Assembly: GCA_963722605.1 (NCBI GenBank)
Contig: CAVRNO010000002.1
Coordinates: 548,090 to 612,089, forward strand
DNA length: 64,000 nt
Origin: Candidatus Binataceae bacterium
Lineage (GTDB): Bacteria > Desulfobacterota > Binatia > Binatales > Binataceae
Reading direction: 5' to 3'
In this document: piece after piece, positions 10,622 through 20,514 of the stretch
Numbering within the stretch: the stretch's first letter is position 1
Layout: each line of letters opens with the position of its first letter
The notes under the pieces: generated by a model
Told to the model about the DNA's origin: nothing
Database searches by the model: none
What the model saw: only the letters and a program-made list of their open reading frames with translations
Program-made: the position numbers and the translations under genes

Positions 10622-12025
10622 ATGAGCAACCCGAGCATCGAGCGCAGCTTCGATTTTCCTGCCGGCGTGGCCGAGCCCGGACTTGCGACGCGGCTGTGGC
10701 GCTTTTGGAACATGGTGTGGCTCGCGGTGCGCGTGTACGCGGGCTACAAAGGCACCCAGCTCTGGACGCGCTTTGTCAGCGATCGCAACAAGGCGGAACT
10801 CTATCGCCGCCAGGATCTTCGCGCGGCGCAAGCTCTCAATCGCACCGCAATCCGGCTGGAAGGCCTGCTGATCAAGGCATGCCAGTTCATCGCAACTCGC
10901 GCCGACGTGCTGCCCGACGAATGGGTATCCACCCTCTCCGGCCTGCACGATCGCGTCCCGCCGCGGCCGTTTGCGATGATCCGCGAACAGATCGAGCGCG
11001 AACTCGGCCGCCCGCTCGCGGCCGTTTACGCCGAGTTCGATCCCGCGCCGATTGCGTCGGCCTCGCTCGCGCAGGTGCATCAGGCGCGCCTTCACGACGG
11101 CCGTCGATGCGCGGTCAAGGTGCAGTATCCGGGAATCGACGGGATCGTCCGCGCCGATCTCCGTAACATGACGATGGTGTTGCGATGGCTCGCGATCCTC
11201 GAGCGTGACTTCGACTATCGGATCCTGATGCGCGAGGCGCTCAAGTACATCCCGATGGAGCTGGACTTCGATCACGAGGCCGGCAACTCGGAAACGATGC
11301 GCCGCAACTTCGCCGCCGATCCCGGCGTGATCGTCCCCGAGGTCTATCGCGAGTTCACCACCCGGCGCGTGCTCACGATGGAACTGGCCGAAGGAATCAA
11401 GGTCACCGATATCGGCGCGCTCGAGCGTGCGGGGATCTCCAAGCACGCGGTCGCGCAGAAACTGATCGAAATTTTCTGCGACCAGGTCCTGCGCGACGGC
11501 TTTTTTCACGCCGATCCGCATCCCGGCAACATCCTGGTTCAGCCCGGCCCGCGGATCGTGCTGCTCGACTTCGGCCTGGCCAAGGATTTCCCGCCCGAGT
11601 TCCGCGACGGCATCGTGCGGCTGACGTTTTCGATCCTTGCGTCGAATCGCGATGGAATCGCCGCCGCGTTTCAAGAGCTGGGCTTTCGCACGCGCAACGG
11701 CAATCCCGACACGCTGCTGGCGTTTTCCGACGCGTTTCTCGGCAGCACCATCAAGTCGAACAAGGCTTACGCGGACAAGGACATGGTCGAGAAATTCTCC
11801 GAGGAGCTTCCGCGCGCGATTCGCGCCAATCCCGTGGTCGAAATCCCGGCCGACGTCTTGCTCGTCGGCCGCATGATGGGTCTGCTGAGCGGACTCGGCA
11901 AGACACTCGACAGCCAGGTCGATCTGTTCGCGACGATCATGCCGTATGCGCAACGCCTCATGCTGGCGCAGCCGGCCCGCGCGAGCGAGCTGCCCGGCGT
12001 GGGCCTGGCCGCAACGCCGCGCTGA
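10622..12025 (+). CDS. ubiB: ABC1/UbiB family atypical kinase
   Basis: ADCK/ABC1 motifs (ASLAQVHQARLHDGRRCAVKVQYPGI, FFHADPHPGNILV, LLDFGLAKD). Confidence 0.85.
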   Translation: MSNPSIERSFDFPAGVAEPGLATRLWRFWNMVWLAVRVYAGYKGTQLWTRFVSDRNKAELYRRQDLRAAQALNRTAIRLEGLLIKACQFIATRADVLPDEWVSTLSGLHDRVPPRPFAMIREQIERELGRPLAAVYAEFDPAPIASASLAQVHQARLHDGRRCAVKVQYPGIDGIVRADLRNMTMVLRWLAILERDFDYRILMREALKYIPMELDFDHEAGNSETMRRNFAADPGVIVPEVYREFTTRRVLTMELAEGIKVTDIGALERAGISKHAVAQKLIEIFCDQVLRDGFFHADPHPGNILVQPGPRIVLLDFGLAKDFPPEFRDGIVRLTFSILASNRDGIAAAFQELGFRTRNGNPDTLLAFSDAFLGSTIKSNKAYADKDMVEKFSEELPRAIRANPVVEIPADVLLVGRMMGLLSGLGKTLDSQVDLFATIMPYAQRLMLAQPARASELPGVGLAATPR

Positions 12026-12125
12026 CAGACGCGAAATCCTCGCGCGCATCGCCGATTGTCGCTTGTCGATTGATCTGCGCCGCGAGGTGGACGGCCCTCC
12101 CCGCCAGTTATATCGTGCCTAGGTT

Positions 12126-12959
12126 GTGAACAACGAAATCGAACAGGTTGCGCTCCGCGCCGCGCGTGCCGCCGGCAGAATCCATCTCAAACGGCTCAGC
12201 CGAATAACGATAAACCGCAAGTCGAACTCGATTGATCTTGTCACCGAGGCCGACCGCGAATCGGAAGCCGCAATTATCGAGGTGATCCACCGCGCCTTTC
12301 CCACCCATGCGATCCTCGCCGAGGAAAGCGGCGCCAGCGCGCATCAAAGCGACCATCGATGGATTATCGATCCGCTCGACGGCACCACCAACTTCGCCCA
12401 CGGCTACCCGCAATTCTGCGTATCGATCGCGTACGAACGCCGCGGCCGCTTGCAATTCGGCGTGGTCTTCGACGCGCTGAGAAAAGAATGCTTCATCGCC
12501 CAGCGCGGACAGGGCGCGCGCTTAAACGGCAAGCCGATTCGCGTCAGCACCACACCGAACCTCTGCGCCGCGCTGCTGGCGACCGGATTCGCCTACGATC
12601 GGCGCGAGCGCCGGCGCTTCTATCTATGCTTCTGGGAAGAAATCATGGCGCGCGTCCAGGGCGTGCGCCGCACCGGGTCAGCCGCGCTCGATCTCGCCTA
12701 CGTCGCTGCCGGACGCACCGATGGATTCTGGGAGTTCGGGCTGCGCCCCTGGGACGTGGCGGCCGGCGCAATCATCGTCGAGGAAGCACGCGGGCGCGTG
12801 ACCAATATGGACGGCTCCGAGCTTGACCTTGCCGGCGGCAATATCGTGGCGACCAACGGCCGGCTGCACGAAGACCTCATCGAAGCGATTGCCCAGGCGC
12901 GCCCGGAAGCCGACCGCCGCCAGGCCGAGATGCTTCGCGAGACCAAGGCCTCAGCCTAG
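12126..12959 (+). CDS. suhB: inositol monophosphatase family protein
   Basis: IMPase motifs (WIIDPLDGTTNFAHG, DLAYVAAGRTDGFWE). The start is GTG (VNNEIEQ). Confidence 0.85.
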   Translation: MNNEIEQVALRAARAAGRIHLKRLSRITINRKSNSIDLVTEADRESEAAIIEVIHRAFPTHAILAEESGASAHQSDHRWIIDPLDGTTNFAHGYPQFCVSIAYERRGRLQFGVVFDALRKECFIAQRGQGARLNGKPIRVSTTPNLCAALLATGFAYDRRERRRFYLCFWEEIMARVQGVRRTGSAALDLAYVAAGRTDGFWEFGLRPWDVAAGAIIVEEARGRVTNMDGSELDLAGGNIVATNGRLHEDLIEAIAQARPEADRRQAEMLRETKASA

Positions 12960-13024
12960 AAATACCTGCTTGATTTTCCGGGCGCGCCTCAGGTGAGCGC
13001 GCAGATTCGCCGCGCGCCCCGCGG

Positions 13025-13825
13025 CTAGCGGCGCGCGATGAGCATCCCGGTATCCTTGCTGATTCGAATTTCGCCGTGCGCCGCGATTTCATTTTCGAGA
13101 TACCGCCGCAGGCCGGCAAGCTGTTCGTCGCTGACTCTGCTGCGCACCCGCATCGAGCAGATATAGTCCATCAACGGCGCAGCTTCGGTTACAACCAGCG
13201 AGTCGGGGTAGCGTTCGATTTGCACATCGCCGAAAGCCGCGCGCATGTACGTCGCGCCGCTCTCCAGCCCGAATCGCGCGATTGCCTCCGTCATTCGCGG
13301 AACCGAAAGAAAGCGCGCCGCAAGCTCGTCGATCTCCCGCATGTTCCCCGCCCCCATCGTGGCCGCATAGCAAAACCCCGACGGCTTGAGCACGCGCCGA
13401 ACCTCGCCAAGCGCGCGTGGAATGTCGGGCACATGGTAGAGCATGTGATTGGCGATCACCGCGTCGAACGATGCGTCGCGAAACGGGAGCGCCTGCGCGT
13501 CGGCCAGAGCGAAGATAAACGGATGGCCCAGCCGCGCGAGATTGGCGCGCGCTTCGCGGATCATCCCGTCCGACATGTCGGTCAGAACAACGCGCCATCG
13601 CGGCGGAACCTGCACCGGGCTGCGCCACAATATGCCGGTGCCGCAGCCGAGCTCGAGTACGCTCGCGTTTTCGGGAATCCGAAAACAATCGAACATCCAG
13701 CGCATCAGCCCGTAGCGATTGGTGCTGAAGCGATGATGCAGCCGTATCCGCGCCGACAGCTTGGAGCCGTCCTTGTATTGCTCGCGCAGGCGCCGTGCGG
13801 AATCGGTATCGTTGTCTGCCGCCAT
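13025..13825 (-). CDS. class I SAM-dependent methyltransferase
   Basis: VLELGCGTGILW motif I and LKPSGF post-II region. Confidence 0.7.
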   Translation of the reverse strand: MAADNDTDSARRLREQYKDGSKLSARIRLHHRFSTNRYGLMRWMFDCFRIPENASVLELGCGTGILWRSPVQVPPRWRVVLTDMSDGMIREARANLARLGHPFIFALADAQALPFRDASFDAVIANHMLYHVPDIPRALGEVRRVLKPSGFCYAATMGAGNMREIDELAARFLSVPRMTEAIARFGLESGATYMRAAFGDVQIERYPDSLVVTEAAPLMDYICSMRVRSRVSDEQLAGLRRYLENEIAAHGEIRISKDTGMLIARR

Positions 13826-13924
13826 CGCCGCGATGCTGGCGCGTGATTACTCTTCCGTCAATCAGTCAGGCTTTCTTGCCAGCCGCGATTCCCTGCTATA
13901 GTGCTTGGCTGTGCCGCACCATTC

Positions 13925-13996
13925 GCCCCGGTAGTGAAAAGGACATCACGGAGGTCTCCGGAACCTCAAGTCCGGGTTCGATTCCCGGCCGGGGCA
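13925..13996 (+). tRNA. tRNA-Arg (anticodon CCG)
   Basis: I folded the cloverleaf by hand. The acceptor stem is GCCCCGG/CCGGGGC with U8 and an A73 discriminator. The D arm is GTGA-AAAGGACA-TCAC. The anticodon arm is GAGGT-CTCCGGA-ACCTC, with U33 before CCG. The variable loop is 4 nt. The T arm is CCGGG-TTCGATT-CCCGG. CCA is not encoded, and a T7 run follows. Confidence 0.85.
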
Positions 13997-14039
13997 TTTT
14001 TTTGAAGATTCGACTCGCGTTTTTTCCCGGTTTCGATGG

Positions 14040-14246
14040 TTGGCCGCTTCGTCCGACGCGGAGACCGCAAGCCGTGCGAGAGTAGAATTTTTCAACGATC
14101 CCACCGCTTTTGAGAGTTGTAAACTTACAGTGGGTAGGTAATCCTTACTGTTTGCTCTATCTATGAGACTCTTTCAGACTGCTTATGCATGTTTTAGTAT
14201 CCTATATATCTCATGGCCCCCCTAGCCTTGCTTCAAGGTGTAATCA
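14040..14246 (+). promoter_or_regulatory. strongly AT-rich (~35-40% GC) boundary/promoter region downstream of tRNA-Arg
   Basis: Sequence composition contrasts with the ~67% GC background. It lies immediately upstream of ORF 14247. Confidence 0.4.
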
Positions 14247-14930
14247 GTGACACGATCTCCTGCGATGAGAGCGGAGACGCAAGACCAGCTGATTCCAGTG
14301 CCGAAAGAGGAGTGCGAGGTCCTCGATCTGATTCGAGAGGATCACGAACTGATCGAGCGCCTCCAGATAACCCCCGACGAGCTGGAAGCGCTATCGAAAT
14401 GCGCGATGTTTGGAACCCTGACCTGCAAGCAGCATATGCTTGCCATCTTGCGCCAGATTCGCGAGGCAGGCGGCCCCGCCGCGGGCGGCCCGGCGATCGC
14501 TCAGACGCCGCTCTTTCCTGAACCGGCTGTTCCGGAGGAAAGGGAAGGAGTTCCCCTTCCAGACTGCCGCCGCATGCTGGTTCGTCTCGCTGGCGACGCC
14601 GTATCCGAGCCGGGTTCGCTGGAGAGTACGGTTCGCCGCCGCGTCCCCGAGCAGTTAGGGATTCATTTCTGGCTGATCGTCCTGGTCGCAGGGCTGGCGT
14701 GGAACTTTATGATCGCGATATCACGCTGGCGCAACAACTTTCTGACCAGCATCGGAATGCCCGGCGCCCAGGCTGCTCCTTCGACTGCGTGGTACAGCAA
14801 CCTCAACCAGACCTATATTCTGCTCTGGGGCGAGGTTCTGATCGTGGTAGGCATCGCGCTTGTGATGTACTTCAAATCCCGCAGAGGCTACCGCCGCCTC
14901 AAAGTCAGACCGCGGCGAAGGTGGCTTTAG
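14247..14930 (+). CDS. hypothetical membrane protein (soluble N-domain, Pro/Ala linker, 2 C-terminal TM helices)
   Basis: ORF with an acidic N-domain (EECEVLDLIREDHELIERL) and hydrophobic segments (FWLIVLVAGLAWNFMIAI, ILLWGEVLIVVGIALVMYF). GC ~58%, below the local average. Confidence 0.5.
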   Translation: MTRSPAMRAETQDQLIPVPKEECEVLDLIREDHELIERLQITPDELEALSKCAMFGTLTCKQHMLAILRQIREAGGPAAGGPAIAQTPLFPEPAVPEEREGVPLPDCRRMLVRLAGDAVSEPGSLESTVRRRVPEQLGIHFWLIVLVAGLAWNFMIAISRWRNNFLTSIGMPGAQAAPSTAWYSNLNQTYILLWGEVLIVVGIALVMYFKSRRGYRRLKVRPRRRWL

Positions 14931-14989
14931 CCGGTCTGCACCTTTTCTTCCATTTCTTCCGGTAGCTACGCGGCGACCGCGCGCGGAAC

Positions 14990-15850
14990 TCACGATAAGC
15001 TGCGCCAAAATTCCTGCAGGAGCACGCTCATCAGCCGGGGATGCTCTTCGGGAAAGAACAGCTTCGCGCGCGGCACCATGATCACCCGCCGCACGCCCCC
15101 GAAATTGTGCTTGAGCCAATCCACCGACTTGAGGTCGAAAAGGGGATCGGCGTCGCCCCAGACAACCTGAGCCGGCACGGTGAGTTGCCGCAGTTGCGGA
15201 GCGATCGAAGCCGTCACCCGCACGTTGGCGAGACTGGCAAAGCGCCGCACATCGAGGCTGCGTTGCTCCGACGACAGCAACGGCTCCAAGTACGTCCTGA
15301 ACGCCTCGTCGGGGATGCGCTCGGGATCTTCATAGACTGAACTGAACGCCTGGCGCGCGGCCGCCGGCGACTCCATCGCCGCGTTCAGCAGCGCGATTAC
15401 CGACGGGTCCGCGAACTGGCCGAGCACCGATTCCAGCATTGCATTGGGCCACAGGTCGTGGACCTCGCAGTTGGTCAAGGTGAGGCTGCGCAGCCGCGAC
15501 GGATATCGCGCCGCGAACACCTGGCTGATACCACCGCCGGTGTCGTTGCCGACCAGGTCCACCTGGGGCAACCCCAGCCGGTCGATAAAAGCGGCTATCA
15601 TCCTCGCCTGATGGTCGAATTCGAGCTCCTGACCGGCGGCGACTTCGGTGTAGCCCAACCCCATCAGGTCCAGCGCGATACATCGCCGCGTCGCAGCGAG
15701 GTCATCCAGCGCGCCGCGCCAGGCGAAGCCGTTTAAGGGAAAGCCGTGAACGAACAGGGCCGCCGGCCCGGCGCCATTTTCGACGTATGCGATTCGGCCG
15801 AACGCGGTCTCGGCGAATTTCCGCGCCTGATGGAACTCCGCTGCCTTCAT
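14990..15850 (-). CDS. alpha/beta hydrolase fold protein (haloalkane dehalogenase/epoxide hydrolase-like)
   Basis: HGFPLNGFAWR and nucleophile-elbow-like VGNDTGGG motifs. The likely start is MKAAEFHQ. Confidence 0.75.
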   Translation of the reverse strand: MKAAEFHQARKFAETAFGRIAYVENGAGPAALFVHGFPLNGFAWRGALDDLAATRRCIALDLMGLGYTEVAAGQELEFDHQARMIAAFIDRLGLPQVDLVGNDTGGGISQVFAARYPSRLRSLTLTNCEVHDLWPNAMLESVLGQFADPSVIALLNAAMESPAAARQAFSSVYEDPERIPDEAFRTYLEPLLSSEQRSLDVRRFASLANVRVTASIAPQLRQLTVPAQVVWGDADPLFDLKSVDWLKHNFGGVRRVIMVPRAKLFFPEEHPRLMSVLLQEFWRSLS

Positions 15851-16294
15851 CGCTGAATTGCCTCCTGCCGCGGCAGGGCTGGACCCTGCCCCGGTATTAA
15901 AACAAATCGGCACCGCCGCGGGATACGGGCGGAGTTTACCCTGAACACTCGGAAGGGACCTGTTAAGTGGAACAGACCGGGATGAGAACCTCGCGGATGT
16001 TGCTTATGCGGAACGGAGTATTGTCAACTGAAAGTGTTGAGGAATGGTTAAGCGCCTGAAGAGACGGCGCTATTGGAGCGTCTGTGGCGAAGACGAAAGG
16101 CAAAACTTGAGGTCGTCGGGAAGTCTCCCGGACTCAAATCTGGGCGTAAACTGTGTGTTTGCAACCCGCATGCCTTGGTGCCAGTATGCACCGGATTTCA
16201 AAATGGAAATTCCGGATTCCGGTTCAGTATGTTGCTCTCGAATCATTCTCGCCGTTTGGCTTGAACGGACACCTGCTTAGAGGAGGACTCATCC

Positions 16295-17911
16295 ATGGCT
16301 GTAGCGAAGGGTATGACCGATCCCGCCACTCCGGCTAGCGTGATGGTGGAGGACAAAGCACCAGAACCCATCTGGGATCCTACGCTTGGGATCTCCGTTT
16401 CCGCTCCGGGACCGGGCACCCCGAAGAATCGGCTGGTCGCGATCGGAGATTCACTCACCCAAGGATTTCAAAGCGGGGCGATCTTCAATACGCGTCTATC
16501 CTACCCGATGATTATCGCTTGGGAGATGGGCTGGGACGCTCAGCTAAGGGTTCCGAGTTATGCCGGGTTCGGAGGGCTCCCGTTCAATATTGAGTATATC
16601 GTTCGTCATCTCGAGCAGCGGTTGGGGCCCGAAACCAAATGGTGGGAGGTACCGCTTGCCTATTTCGAACTACGGCAGATGCTGGCGGAGATAGAAGACT
16701 GGTGGGAACGGGGGCCGGGCTCTCAAGATCCGCGCGCAGTCGGGATCAAGCACAACTTGGCCGTGTGGGGCTGGGATTTGCGTGACACCCTGGCCCGAAA
16801 CTACACCGTCGAGAACGCGCTAATTGTAAAACCTCACGATCCCTTCTTCCTTCCCATGGTTTCGAATGCCAACGAGCGAACGGCCCTTCGTGTGCTCGAT
16901 ACCGCATTCGACAACGGCCAAGCGCTAAATCCTCTGGAAGCGGCGAGAGTGCTGAGTGATGAGGGTTCAGTTGAATCATCCACGGGCGACGGGATCGAGA
17001 CGCTGATTGTGATGCTGGGAGCTAATAATGCGCTGGGCACCGTGGTCCAGCTAAAGGTAAATTGGAGCAAGGCTCCGGCTTACCAGAACCTTCAGCAGAA
17101 ATCCGCGTTCACGGTTTGGGATCCTGACCATTTCGCTGCCGAGTTGAACCTGGTGGTGGCCGAGGTAAAGAAGATCCGCGCCCGACACGTAATCTGGGGG
17201 ACGGTTCCGCACGTCACAATCGCGCCAATCGCGCGAGGCGTCGGCGGAGCAAAGGTGCGGACCGGCTCTCGCTATTTCCCCTACTACACTCGCCCGTGGA
17301 TATCCGACAGCGATTTCGATCCTTCGGACGATCCATATATTACAGGCGCTCAGGCTCGGGCAATCGACAGTGCGGTCGATCAGTACAATCAGCAAATTGT
17401 AAACGCAGTAAGAGCCGCACGAAGCGGCGCTGCGGGAGTACCGCCGCGCGATTGGTATGTGCTCGACGTCGCCGGCTTGCTCGACCGGCTGGCGTCGCGA
17501 CGTTACCTGGACGACCCTGCGGCGCGGCCAGCGTGGTGGACCCCGTACGAATTGCCGCACGCATTGCAGCAGCTGGCGCCGGTGCCTGATTCGCGGTTCT
17601 TCACGTCCGGGCCGCAAGGGAGATTGGCGGGCGGACTGTTTGCTCTGGACGGAGTGCATCCGACGACGATCGGATACGGAATAGTGGCGCAGGAAATAAT
17701 CAACATCATGCAGTTGGCGGGAGTTCAATTCTTCATGGGAGACGGTAACACGCAGCGGCGGGGGCCCGTACGAGTCGATTTTGATCGGCTCATTCGCGAC
17801 GACACTCTGATCAGTAGTCCGCCGTCTTCAGTGAAGTCCGATCTTGCCGTGATTGGGTGGCTCGACGAAAGGTTCGAATGTCTGAAGAACCTGTTCAGCA
17901 AGAAAAGTTGA
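16295..17911 (+). CDS. large SGNH/GDSL hydrolase family protein (538 aa)
   Basis: Block I VAIGDSLTQG and block V DGVHPT. A strong RBS (GGAGGA) sits 7 nt upstream. No signal peptide. GC is lower than the host (~58%). Confidence 0.7.
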   Translation: MAVAKGMTDPATPASVMVEDKAPEPIWDPTLGISVSAPGPGTPKNRLVAIGDSLTQGFQSGAIFNTRLSYPMIIAWEMGWDAQLRVPSYAGFGGLPFNIEYIVRHLEQRLGPETKWWEVPLAYFELRQMLAEIEDWWERGPGSQDPRAVGIKHNLAVWGWDLRDTLARNYTVENALIVKPHDPFFLPMVSNANERTALRVLDTAFDNGQALNPLEAARVLSDEGSVESSTGDGIETLIVMLGANNALGTVVQLKVNWSKAPAYQNLQQKSAFTVWDPDHFAAELNLVVAEVKKIRARHVIWGTVPHVTIAPIARGVGGAKVRTGSRYFPYYTRPWISDSDFDPSDDPYITGAQARAIDSAVDQYNQQIVNAVRAARSGAAGVPPRDWYVLDVAGLLDRLASRRYLDDPAARPAWWTPYELPHALQQLAPVPDSRFFTSGPQGRLAGGLFALDGVHPTTIGYGIVAQEIINIMQLAGVQFFMGDGNTQRRGPVRVDFDRLIRDDTLISSPPSSVKSDLAVIGWLDERFECLKNLFSKKS

Positions 17912-18154
17912 GCGGAGCAGATTTCGGCGATGAGGGAAATGGAGGAAAGGAGAAGCGTCTGCGGAATCCATTGGGAGAATGGCATTCCCGGGCGTTGCGT
18001 GCCCGCGCGAGGCGCGAAACCGACACCTCCCGGCGCTGCTGGAAACACCGTGGACCAAACCCGGCGTCGAACCTTGCGCGAGGCAGCGATTCGATCTATG
18101 CGGGCCGCTAAAATCGGAGAGTTAGAATGGAAATTCCGGTAAAGAAGTTCAGTT

Positions 18155-19090
18155 ATGTCTGGAGCCGTTGGCTTTACGCCTATCTACGCGCCCGGCGGGT
18201 CGACCGGCAAGGGAAGGTTTCCGAGAATGACCTCAGGTAAGCCAAAAACACTTTGGGAACGCATCGATCCTGGAACCATCGTTGCTTTACTCGCTTTGGT
18301 GCTTACGCAGCTACCGTCAGTGAGCGTGATGTGGGTGGCGGTTTTCAAACCACGGCTTGTGACAGTATCCTTTCCGAATAGTTCATTCTATGCGGATCAA
18401 ACGCTCGGCCACAGCTCAGTCGTGATCCAACTTTCGCTTCATAACGATGGTGGGCGGGTCGCAACAATTGGGCAACTCAACGCTATCCTGAGTGGACCCA
18501 ACGGCTTCTTGGTGGCCCTCAAGGCTGATGAGTATGTAGGACTCGAGAACCAAACTTCGATTCCCCTTGCCCATCCGATGTCATCGATTGTACTCAGGCC
18601 TGGCAACCGCTGGGACGCGATGGTCGGTTTCCTAGAGAAGATGTCTGACCAAGCGCAGTCCGACGTCGCTCGACTCCAAGGCGCCATGTTGCAGCCAGCC
18701 TTTAGCGCGCCATCTTTCACACCACAGACGCCAGTACCGCCGGCCAAACCAATTGTGAGCGAGGCAATTGACATGTTTAATCGCTCATTCAAGTGGAAAG
18801 CCGGGACTTACCAGCTATTCGTCCAAGTCAATTCGGAAGACGACGACAAGCAAATCGGACTGAACGGGGTTGAGTTCACGCTATCCCCGGAAGGCGTTGA
18901 GCAAATGCATTCAGTGGTTAATGGATACCAGTTCGGTAGGCTGAACAATCCGGGCAATCCAGCGACCAGCGCGCTGGTGCGCGCGCATGTCCTGAGCGCC
19001 AACGACGCGCTGGCCAAGTTTCGCGCGCTTCCGACGCCTTCCAATGCTGAATCTGGCGATATGCCTCTACAGCCAGCCAGCGGCATGTAA
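18155..19090 (+). CDS. hypothetical protein with an N-terminal TM anchor
   Basis: ORF with a hydrophobic segment (IVALLALVLTQLPSVSVMWVAVF). I did not recognise a domain. ~53% GC. Confidence 0.45.
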   Translation: MSGAVGFTPIYAPGGSTGKGRFPRMTSGKPKTLWERIDPGTIVALLALVLTQLPSVSVMWVAVFKPRLVTVSFPNSSFYADQTLGHSSVVIQLSLHNDGGRVATIGQLNAILSGPNGFLVALKADEYVGLENQTSIPLAHPMSSIVLRPGNRWDAMVGFLEKMSDQAQSDVARLQGAMLQPAFSAPSFTPQTPVPPAKPIVSEAIDMFNRSFKWKAGTYQLFVQVNSEDDDKQIGLNGVEFTLSPEGVEQMHSVVNGYQFGRLNNPGNPATSALVRAHVLSANDALAKFRALPTPSNAESGDMPLQPASGM

Positions 19091-19602
19091 TTACCCTCGC
19101 ATGAGAAACCGCGTTTAGTTGATCAAGGCCGTCCGGGGCGAAGAGGCGCGGGTGAGGGTGGCGACCCTTCAGGAGCCTCGGAGCCGCTCTCCTCAGTAGA
19201 ATAAGGCGCGAGGAATATCCTAGAAGATTGCCTTTCAATGTTTATGTCCATTATTTCCGTGACGCGGGACCCTGCGGCGCTTACTGACGGGCTAGCAGAC
19301 TATGCGGCGGCGTGATTGCCCCAAGCGCTACAGCCTTCACGCTGTTCGCTGCCCACGGGCGAATAGTTCGAGCTTGGGCAGGGCCTGGTACATGCGCTAA
19401 ATCATTTCGTAGAGGAGTTGGGGTCCTTCACTGCGCGCCGCAGAACCCTCGCCTACCGGCCGCAAGGCGGCCGGCCTCCTGTCCCGTGAAGTAACGGGCG
19501 AGGTGAGAATCGGACTCGCACACGGCGTAGAAAAGGATTCGGGGTCGCTGTGCTTCGGTTGGGATGACCCAAGAAACGCAGACCGCGCGGGCGGAGTTAC
19601 TA

Positions 19603-20403
19603 TGGAATATCGAATCACACCGGGCAGATTGGAAATCGGCGAGTTCTCGCTCTACTACGAGCGCGTCGGCGCCGGCCCGCCGATCGTCTTCATGCACGGG
19701 CTGGGCGGCAGCCATCTCTCATGGTGGCAGCAAGTGCCCTACTTCATGCGATCGTTCGAATGTATCACGGTTGACCAGCGCGGCTTCGGCCTTTCGCCCG
19801 ACCCCGACGGCCATTTCAATCGCGCGCATGCCGAGCGATCTCGCCGCCCTGCTCGACCATCTTAAGATCGATACGGCCGTGCTGGTCGGGCAATCGATGG
19901 GCGGATGGACGATCGCCGGCTACGCGCTCGAGCATCCCGAGCGCGTCGCGGCGATGGTGATGGCGGATACACCGGCGGGAATTTTCACGCCTGAGATGAC
20001 GTTCGAACGTCCGCGCGAACCGCTCGCCGTCGATGCGACGCCACCGATCGGGTCGCTGCCGACCTACGCCGCCGATTATTTTTCGCGGAGCCCCGAGATG
20101 GCGTTTCTGTACGACGAAATCCGGATTCATGGCGCGCGGCCTCCGGCCGACGCGGGCATGCGGCTAATCAGCCTGCGCTACGATCTGGACGCGGTGAAGC
20201 GACGCCTGACGATGCCGGTACTGTGCATGGTGGGCGAGGAGGACACGCTTATCAGGCCCCAGATCGTCAAGGCGCTGGCATCGGCGCTCCCGAATTCGCG
20301 ATTGCGCACGGTCCCCGGCAGCGGCCATTCGATCTATTTCGAGAAGGCCGCGGTCTTCAATCAACTGGTGCGCGATTTCCTCGTCGAGATCGGGCAGGGG
20401 TGA
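19603..20403 (+). CDS. alpha/beta hydrolase, apparent frameshift near 19818
   Basis: The N-terminus (MEYRITPG...FMHGLGGSHLSWWQQ) is in ORF 19503..19865. The remainder (GQSMGGW nucleophile elbow, ...PGSGHS) is in ORF 19564..20403. The stop TGA is the centre of a palindromic repeat. Confidence 0.65.
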   Translation, partial: WNIESHRADWKSASSRSTTSASAPARRSSSCTGWAAAISHGGSKCPTSCDRSNVSRLTSAASAFRPTPTAISIARMPSDLAALLDHLKIDTAVLVGQSMGGWTIAGYALEHPERVAAMVMADTPAGIFTPEMTFERPREPLAVDATPPIGSLPTYAADYFSRSPEMAFLYDEIRIHGARPPADAGMRLISLRYDLDAVKRRLTMPVLCMVGEEDTLIRPQIVKALASALPNSRLRTVPGSGHSIYFEKAAVFNQLVRDFLVEIGQG

Positions 20404-20458
20404 CCCCTGCACTCAGTATTAGGGCCGCGCTCCGTTGTCGCGCGCGGCCCCTGCCGCG
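20394..20458. repeat. REP/MITE-like nested palindromic element, copy A
   Basis: GCAGGGGTGACCCCTGC palindrome, then CAGTATTAGGGCCGCGC-TCCGTTGTC-GCGCGCGGCCCCTGCC. Shares core motifs with copies at 22993, 25290 and 54605. Confidence 0.7.
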
Positions 20459-20514
20459 GGCGAGGCATAGATGATGAAACGAAATAGCGCGGAATTCGTC
20501 GATTTGTTGGGTGA

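Noticed and set aside
10550-12049. 499 aa ORF antisense to ubiB. Similar long antisense ORFs are at 5150..6160, 6259..7500, 24193..25002, 36581..38131, 49568..51067, 59478..61262 and 61397..62752.
   Set aside because: They have Arg/Ala/Gly/Pro-rich low-complexity translations typical of the antisense strand of high-GC genes. Each lies opposite a confidently identified gene.
13997-19500. Integrase, or an attL/attR direct repeat of the tRNA-Arg 3' end, delimiting a genomic island.
   Set aside because: No integrase/recombinase-like ORF. Only a weak 7-mer (CCGGGGC near 19130) resembles the tRNA 3' end.
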